Positions 54,897 to 64,000 of a stretch of DNA of 64,000 nucleotides are shown here, piece by piece (the first letter of the stretch is position 1; each line of letters starts with the position of its first letter). The notes under the pieces were generated by a model, which had not been told where the DNA came from, searched no databases, and saw nothing but the letters and a program-made list of their open reading frames with translations. The translations under genes and the position numbers were made by a program. Origin of the DNA: Octopus sinensis (lineage: Eukaryota); contig NW_021832276.1 in assembly GCF_006345805.1 (NCBI RefSeq), positions 11,797 to 75,796 of the forward strand, given 5' to 3'.

Positions 54897-55789
54897 TGTA
54901 TGTATGTACGTACGTACGTACGTATGTATGTATGTATGGATGGATGGATGTATATACATATATACATATGTATGTAGATATTCTTCTTCGTTTCTATCAC
55001 TTTATTTTCTCTATAGTTGACTGTTTATAAATATAATAGCTTCCAGCGAAACGAACTAAACCAATCATAAAAATAAAGAATTATAAATGAAAATTTTGCA
55101 ATTATAAATATAATGAAAATGTCAGCATCACCACAGAATAGTTTATATATTTTGTAATATGTAGTGATCAAGTTAATTCACACTCTTAGAACGCAAGACC
55201 CTTTGGGTTATTGACAATGAATGGAAATCCGTAAGTCATTGAATAGCTCTACCATAAATTAAAACCAACAATGTTTGATATCTCATTGGGATAACAAATA
55301 TGCAATAACAAATTAACTGGAAAAAGCTTGTGGTTCTTATTCTGAAGGTGAGTGATCCATCAAGTCATAGCTTTCATCTTAGCTATTCATCCATTCTGGT
55401 AGTTTTAGAGAGACTACTAAACTACCACAATGGGCAAATAGCAGCACTATCATAGACGTGTATAGGAATTTATAGGATAAGTATAGCTCCAGATTTACAC
55501 AGTTTGATATTGTAGATTTTTATTCCTTTCATATCAAGGTCGTTGCTTGATAAGGCGATTGAAATTGCAAAAAAAGATATGCCAATAAAATAGGATTAAC
55601 CATGTGAAGGATTAATTGAGGTGCAGGGCAGGTAATAAAAAAATCTGTTGGATTATTGTATTTCCACGGTACGAAACTATAGTAGCTTTTATTTTAATGC
55701 TGAGTATATGTGTGTGTTTGTGTGTGCGTGTGTTCTTAAACATACACACATATATATATGACAGGTGTATACTTTATATACAATATATA

Positions 55790-55972
55790 TAGTGAAATTT
55801 ACAAAAAAAAAAAAAGACGAAGATGGTGTGTAAACAACAAACAGATGTATTAGTTTAACGCTCAGGAAGTGAGAAAGTCTTTTACGTTTCAAGCCTAAGC
55901 TCTTCGACAGAATAGAACACAGAAATAAACAGGGAAAAAAATAATAAAAGGTTTAGTGGCTAGCGATCTATA
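55790..55972 (-). mobile_element. duplicate of 53598-53780; hammerhead-like fold at 55878-55916
   Basis: Lies in the second unit of the 2.19 kb duplication. Confidence 0.7.
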
Positions 55973-56759
55973 TATTGTCTTAATCTTAATTTTACTTTCT
56001 CCCTCTTTCCATAGAACCCCACACGACGAGAGATCTCCATAGAGCTAGGTCACAATCACTGCCATGAACCTACTTCCCTGTCAGGCGCATATGTGTCACG
56101 TCGTTTCCATTGTTTTTAACCAAATATCGTGAAAAGGTTGTCTCGCCTCCTGCGCTTTATCTCACTGGTTTTCCATTCCAGAAGCTGTCTCATTAGTTTT
56201 TTGACGAGTATTCCTAACACATGTTCTATCATCTTCTGTCACCACACAATATATACGGATATCCCACAGTTTATTGACCTGGCCTATCCATGATGTTTTC
56301 ATTCGTGATACAGTGGCGGCATGATTTTCATGGTGTACTACGCTTTCGCAATTGGTTTACTGGGGGCGATATATTGATGTGAAGACACGGAAATCCTCTT
56401 TGTCTTAAGTCTCTTGACTTCTGAAACAAAGGTTGCTGGTGATAGGGCTTCAGCATCATTTAACTACGCATTTATTTACCGATTGAGAGAATCAACGACA
56501 AGATTGCCCGCCAGCATTTGAACTCTAACCTGAGGGACAGAAAACTAAAGGTAAAACATTACACTCCATAACCTATGACTGACAATTCAGCGCGTGGTTG
56601 TTAAGTACTTATACGATGATGTAGGCGTATGCAATCACATACACATGAACACAAAGTCATATATCCAGCAGGCACACACACACACGCACACACATACACA
56701 CACGTGCGTATGAGTGCGTGAGTGTTTATATATATATATATATATGTGTGTGTGTATAC

Positions 56760-56830
<71 letters not shown>

Positions 56831-56854
56831 TGTGTATATATATATATATAATAT

Positions 56855-56932
<78 letters not shown>

Positions 56933-57359
56933 TGTATATATATATATAATATATGCACCATACACAAGTTTAGATATATGTAGACGCACATACACACTCA
57001 CACCTACAATACATTCACAACCCCACACACTCACACATTATTACTTATGTAGACATAACCTTACGCGGTTCCTTACTTGTAATGCTTATATGTATGTGCC
57101 TGTGTCAGCTGTATATTATTGCGAAAGTAAAGACATGACAGTTACTGAACATGATAGGTGTGGCGTCTGACATGTTCATTTTTCTTATTTCCCCGATTTC
57201 AAATTTGATTATAGTAAGTAGCAATGCAATTAATATAATTGTCTCAGATATCAGATTCCTTTGGCATCCGAATGTCAACCACACCTATATCCGGAATTCA
57301 ATATATGTTGAATACCTTGTCTTCTATGGCTTAAGCTGCTGACATGCTCAATTAACAAT

Positions 57360-57550
57360 AAGAATTGCTTCTAATTTAAGTAGAAGGCCAGTGATTTTAA
57401 AGGGAGGTGGTTAGTTGTTACCATTGATTATACTACTTCAATGGTTCGAGCGCGAAAGAATGAAAAAAACAAAATTATGGTGGGCTTTGAAATAACAGAG
57501 TAAAGTGTCGTCAGAATGAACAAAATACCACAAGGCATTTTGACCGATAT
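57360..57550 (-). mobile_element. SINE family A, highly diverged
   Basis: TTCTAATTTAAGTAGAAGGCCAG...GAAAGAATGAAA...AAATACCACAAGGCATTT resembles 4132-4312. Confidence 0.5.
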
Positions 57551-57594
57551 TTAAAAGTATCACTATTATCATCATAATCATCATCATTATTATT

Positions 57595-57672
57595 GTTCAG
57601 ATCACTGCTTGGAATCGAACTCGGAATCTTGGGGTTAGTAGCCCGCGCTCTTAACCACTACGCCATATGCCC
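57595..57672 (-). mobile_element. tRNA-derived Pol III head (not a functional tRNA)
   Basis: GGGCATATGGCGTAGTGGTTAAGAGCGCGGGCTACTAACCCCAAGATTCCGAGTTCGATTCCAAGCAGTGATC: good A box and B box, but acceptor and T stems do not pair. Confidence 0.8.
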
Positions 57673-57675
57673 CAA

Positions 57676-57704
57676 GATACCTGAAGAAGCCGAAACGTTG
57701 TGTT
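57676..57704 (+). ncRNA. hammerhead with canonical core but deleted stem II
   Basis: GATAC CTGAAGA AGCC GAAA CG TT GTGTT; stem I pairs (with G-U), stem III palindrome ACGT, stem II reduced to 4 nt. Confidence 0.55.
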
Positions 57705-58678
57705 AACAACAAACAAGATGAGGACAAATATCCGTCGAATGTAAATAATGTAAATAATGTACATAATTCCTCATCTCTTAAATATAGAACAATAGTATAC
57801 TCAGTTTTGATATTCTACGGTAAGAATATGATTAAGCTGTGAGAAGTGACAAATATATACGAACAAAGATCTCGCGTATGAAAGTGAGATTGTATACAGA
57901 CACTTAATTATATGATAATAGATAATTTCTGTCACATAATGTTAGGAGCTGCAGGCAGGCAACAACTCTAGATCATCGAACAAGATATTTTATATTGTAC
58001 CTTTACATATTCTAATTTCAATTCCCAGACAGGTCCACTTTGTATTGTGAAAGTTTAACGATAGCAATTAAATAGATTCCGCACAAATTAATGGGTTCCT
58101 TGTGACCGACTGAAACCTTGAAAAGTTGTCCCCCAATATGATCGCAGTTCATAGGTTACAAATTCAAATGGCGATTGTGAACAGGTGACACAGCATTGTT
58201 AGACTTTATATATATGAAAACTGAAGAGCGCAACACTTGTCTGAATGTAACTATAGAAACCGGGTAACAATAAAATCAGAATTAAACAGAGGGGTTTCTA
58301 AATATGATATGACACTCTCTTGGGCGTATGGTGTAATGGCGAGGATTTGGAGTAAATCTGTGGAAAATTTTGTGAAATGATTTTAGTTAATTTTTGTTGA
58401 AAAGGAGATTGCGAGTACCGATGTTTCGAGAGATATAGTGAGAGAGAGAAAGAGGGGGGAGTTCTTCGTAAGTGAGGAAGTGCTGAAGTATTGATACCGA
58501 ATTAAATAAGTGCTTATTCGTTTCCGGAGATGCACTAATGCAGAAAGATGTACTTAATGACCAAACTACAAGCAACTAATTGTAGATAATAACCTGATCA
58601 TTGAAATAAGCACGAACCACTACATTTTAAGTATAAATGTGTGTCCATATATGTATATGTATTATGTATATATATATA

Positions 58679-58709
<31 letters not shown>

Positions 58710-58864
58710 ATAATATATATATATATATTGTATATGTATATGTATGTATATGTATATGTATATATGTGATATATATATATATACACATACGTATATATAT
58801 GTGTGCATGTATGTGTGTATGTGTGTGTGCGTGCATGTATCCAGGCATTTGATTGCACACACAC

Positions 58865-58903
<39 letters not shown>

Positions 58904-59685
58904 ACACACACACACGAATGTAAGGTCTATGTGTGTGCTGTGATAATGTTTGGGTATATATTTCCTGCAGTTAAGATGAGAGAAAGGTGAACGCTACGAT
59001 TAAATATTAGCAACTGTCACACGCAATTCTCCATATGCTTTCCTTATCTATGTCCATATGTGTTTGTATTTAGTTATCTATAATATACTCTTTCTCTATT
59101 GTTGTATATACATTATTATTTAGTAATTGTTGTATGTACAATATTATAGAGTATAAATATACACTTCCCTCTAACATTCCAGTCTCTGTCTAATTATGAA
59201 GGCTTTTCTGTGTCCTTTACATCCTCTGTTCTCTTTATGCATAGATATAATAAGTAAGCATGCCCCTGTGTCGAGATAGAATATGCGTGTGCATATGTAA
59301 GAACAAATGAATATACATATATATATGTATGCTAATTTGCTATGCGAAGGTAACGAGCGTCACTTATGCAGTGTCAGTAATAGCTCTGATTTCGCAATAT
59401 TAAACGTCCTAAAAATAAACATCACCGTCGTCGTCGTCGTCGACTTCAGCATTACCACCACTTAGATGCAGTTCTACAATTTAGGTTCTTAATTGGCTCA
59501 CACACACATACACACACACATACACACACGAACACACACACACGAACACACACACACACGAACACACACACACACACTCACACACACACGCACACTCACA
59601 CACAAACACACACATAGACACACACAGAGGGAAAATGAATTCTATACAGCAACAGGCACGTGTGTGAATGTATATATATATATAT

Positions 59686-59716
<31 letters not shown>

Positions 59717-59797
59717 TACATACATACATACATACATACATACATACATACAAATATATATACATATATATTCATGTGTGTTTATTCATCTATCCAC

Positions 59798-59889
<92 letters not shown>

Positions 59890-60127
59890 TTATCTATCTT
59901 CCTACCTACTTAAAAACGTAGATAGATGATATATATTATATTAACCCGAATTCTTTTGAATCTCAACAGTGTCTCCCTTGTTGACTCAGTAGCCTTCAAC
60001 TTGTTCTTAGCATTATCTACGCATTTTTCACCAGAGTTCATTACATTTCACTTTGTTTGCAAGTGTTTCTTCCTTCCTAATACCTGTTTGCCGATCTACT
60101 TAGATACATCATGCATACACCGTAAAC

Positions 60128-60198
60128 TAGAGTTTCTTAACCGGCATTCTTCGGGACCCAAGGGTTCCGCAAGAGGTTCCTAGGGGTTCCTCAAGAAA
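60128..60198 (+). mobile_element. probable hAT-type terminal/subterminal fragment
   Basis: TAGAGTTTCTTAACC followed by repeated GGTTCC motifs (AGGGTTCCGCAAGAGGTTCCTAGGGGTTCC), resembling hAT element ends. Confidence 0.4.
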
Positions 60199-60373
60199 GA
60201 GTGAGATAAGCTCATGCTAATTTCATGATCGCAATATTGCTAGACAGGCGCAACATATTGGTTATTGTAATATTGTAATATAGACATCATCCTATCTAAC
60301 CTATTATGTTATTAATCAAAAAATATGTTCACATATATATATATATATATATACACATGCACACATACATACA

Positions 60374-60418
<45 letters not shown>

Positions 60419-60589
60419 ACACATAGGAAAGAGGGTCTGAAAATGCAGAGGTCTTTTAAAGACGTTTATTGACTTGACTGGTTTCACTTTTTTTTTTATA
60501 TTTTCAAAAGTAAGGTGCAAGGCTTTGTGTAGCCTTTGTGGTATTAAGAATTAGTTAACATATATGTATCAATATATATATATATATAT

Positions 60590-60746
60590 GTAAACTGAAA
60601 GAAGCCCGCTTCTTTCAGTTTCTGTCTAACAAATCCATGGCTTTGATCGGCCCGTGGCTATAGAAGACACTTGCTCAAAGTGTCACGCAGTGGGACAGAA
60701 CCCGGAACCATGTGGTTGGGAAGGAAACTTCTTACCACACAGCTAC
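60590..60746 (-). mobile_element. SINE family B 5' half with short fold-back at the break
   Basis: AAACTGAAAGAAGC-CC-GCTTCTTTCAGTTT hairpin, then GCAGTGGGACAGAACCCGGAACCATGTGGTTGG...CCACACAGC. Confidence 0.85.
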
Positions 60747-60782
60747 AGTAATTGTGAGATGTAGGTTTAAAGTTGATTAGTG

Positions 60783-61190
60783 GCAGGAAGAGCACTAGAT
60801 ACCATGGTAGAGATTACATATGGTTATATTTGGTCGATTCATTCCTGCCAACTCTGAGTTTCGCCAGTCAGTGCGTAGAGTTTTCAGGCAATTCAAAACT
60901 TTGCTGAAGTTGCTGTATTTTGAGTTTCATCCACAGACGAATTTCAAAGTAACAAAACAAAAATACAACGTATTTATGTATGTGTGTGTCTTTATATTTG
61001 TATTTACCTGCTCCCTTCGCTTACAACCGGTGTTTTTTATGTAATGTTTACCTAATTTGGGCGTTCGACCACAAAATTGACAAAATAAGTAGTAGATTAA
61101 AAAAAAAATATATCTATTTGAAGCGATTTCTTCGACTAAGCCGACAAGGCAATGATCCAGCATGGCCGCAGACTATTGACTAAAACAACT
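60783..61190 (+). mobile_element. SINE family B, highly diverged
   Basis: Tail TCGCTTACAACCGGTG...TTCGAC...TTCGACTAA...CCAGCATGGCCGCAG. Confidence 0.6.
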
Positions 61191-61485
61191 AATGGCGTAT
61201 AAATACATGCATTCATATATACATAAACACACACATAGGCACATGCACACATACATAATATATAGGAACATTCATAACTACACATATATATATACACATT
61301 CACATGGATACATAGATATCTAGATACATGCATACATACGTAAATGTTTGTATGCGTATGCGCTCTCTCGCTCATTACAATCTGCTTAAAACTTAGAATG
61401 TACTTTGTAAAATGAATCCATATATTGAATCCGTATTATTCCTTTCCTGTCCAGTAAACGGATTACTGAATAATAACACCAATAC

Positions 61486-61523
<38 letters not shown>

Positions 61524-62146
61524 AGTATGTGTGTGTGTATTAAAATCCTCTCCCACCCCTTACACAGCTTTCACCAAAATCTTATGCATTAAAAAAACCT
61601 ACTCTACTCACAGCTATCAGATAGCTTAAATGTGAACATCCTGCTCCTGTCTGTGACCGGGAAGTCTCCTGTATTAATAATGCATTAAAGCTTTTTTTTT
61701 GTCGATGCAGCAGTAATATTTTTAATGCTATAATAGTAAGAGAATATCAAACTTCTGTGAGGAAAGTACACATAACATTTCTTTATATATTCTAAATCCG
61801 TTCTAAATGTATTTTCATCAAAGACCGATTTCGCCGGGTCATGTGATCTGCAAATACCCTTTTGTTCGAGGATGTTGACGCCCTCCCCTCTTCCTTTATC
61901 TCAGTCGATAGATGAGTGTATGTCGCTCTCTCTCTCTCTCTCACTATTTCTCTCTCTGTACATACGCATGTGTGTGTGTATATATATACACGTATGTCAG
62001 TGTGTTTGTCTGTGTCTCCGCGTGTCTGTTTGTACATTATATATATATATACGTTTATATATGTATACAGATATACAAACACACGTATGCACAAATACAC
62101 AACGATTGCCCATACATTCGCTGTCTAGCAAATTTCACCGTCACTC

Positions 62147-62522
<376 letters not shown>

Positions 62523-62779
62523 GTCTGCTGTATGTCTGTACACTCATTCAGACATGCGCATACACACATACACACACACACACATACAAAAACACATAGA
62601 CATATAGACAGAGTGAGAGAGAATGAAATGATGACAGAGAGACAGAGTTAGAAAGATATATAAAACCAAATGTATACATCCATACCTTCATACATAATTG
62701 TGCATATATATATGCATTTATGTATGTATATCTGAGTAATCTTAGTTCTGCGTATTATAGAACAAGCTGTGTTTGTCAT

Positions 62780-63192
62780 AATCGCTTGTCTCAGCCATAG
62801 GACTACAGCAATGCATGAAGGTTTAATCAACGAAAGAGATACCAGTACTTATTTTCAGGTCTGTTGTATCTGTTTATTTTGCCTAGGTACAACTACAAAA
62901 AGAATCGATGTTTACGGGGATATAAACAAACCAATACCCACAATCAAATGTCGGTGGTGGGCAATTATAAACACAGAGACGCAAAAATATGCATCTCATA
63001 TATATATATTATATATATATGTATTGTACGAATGGCTCCCACACAATGTCCGTCAACGAAATTCACTCACTAAGTATTGGATGCCTCTCGACTATTACAT
63101 ACACAAATCACTTGCCCAATGTAGCGGGCTGTGAGTCTGAACCCGAAAGCCTGAATGCAAAGCACACTTTTCATAACCTACAGTCATGCCTC
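62780..63192 (-). mobile_element. SINE family B, highly diverged
   Basis: CAGTACTTATTTT...TTACGGGGATATAAACA...TCCGTCAACGAAATTCACTCAC...CACTTGCCCAA...CAGTCATGCCT. Confidence 0.65.
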
Positions 63193-63228
63193 TGTGTGTG
63201 TGTGTATGCAACTAAATGTTTTAATATA

Positions 63229-63267
<39 letters not shown>

Positions 63268-63311
63268 TAAATTATAATATATAAATATATACATATATAT
63301 AATAATATATA

Positions 63312-63359
<48 letters not shown>

Positions 63360-64000
63360 ATATATATATATATATTATATATAATATATATAGGGAGAGT
63401 TTACGATGTATGTACATGCATAAAAAGGTAGAAAATAGCGGGAGTGAGAGAGAGAGAGAGGGAGAGAGGGGAGAGGGAAGACATCGAGTGTGATAGATAG
63501 ATAGATCGATAGATAGAAGAATAAGAGAGAGTAGGGGAGAAAGAATGTTTGCTTGTATATACATAATGTAAAACTAAAGAATAATAGTAAAAAGTATAAT
63601 TGAAGACCTGCTCAAAGAACAGTTGCTGCTTTGCAAAAAATTAGATTTATACTATATGAAAACTACGTATCTCTCAAAGCTACTATTTATGCAGAGAAGA
63701 AGAATCCGAAATATGAATTATTAAAGATTGATATGTAGGAAATGCAAAAGTACCCTTTTGACCCGAAGTGAATTTAATTGGAAACAAGACAGAGCTGGAA
63801 AAATGACAAATGACTCTGTTTAAATGATGTCAAGTAGGCTTCAGAGAAACTCGGTTCTCGTGTGCGAAAATCAATTTCCACAACAAGTGGTTGACCTTTT
63901 TTATTCATGTGACGTGCAAAATAGAATAGCATGTTTTTTTGTTTGTTTTTGTCTTTCTCTCTTCAGTATTTCAACATTCATAAGAATTCCTCTACATACG

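Noticed and set aside
57595-57672. tRNA gene with ACT anticodon
   Set aside because: Acceptor and T stems unpaired; treated as a SINE-type head

Overview
AT-rich, microsatellite-saturated eukaryotic non-coding DNA (intergenic or a very large intron). The SINE families and the (TA)n/(TACA)n/(TAA)n load point to a coleoid cephalopod, most likely Octopus; this is an inference from family recognition, not a database hit. No intact protein-coding gene is supported, and nearly all supplied ORFs are translated microsatellites. Recognisable content: three tRNA-derived SINE families (about 20 copies or fragments), a 5'-truncated R4/Dong-type restriction-like-endonuclease LINE in a (TAA)n array, two mariner fragments, RTE and hAT relics, and an apparently complete ~860 bp non-autonomous Helitron. 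There are also several direct and inverted duplications that break at (TA)n arrays and may be long-read assembly artefacts. The most notable signal is a set of short, mutually dissimilar repeats that each carry a minimal type I hammerhead-ribozyme fold with a self-complementary (dimer-forming) stem III. One has a canonical core (14371-14413), several have variant cores, and one abuts a tRNA-like Pol III head. Most sit in or next to microsatellites, some as inverted pairs, which suggests a Penelope-like/retrozyme-type non-autonomous system. All alignments and folds were done by eye, so boundaries of degenerate repeats are approximate.
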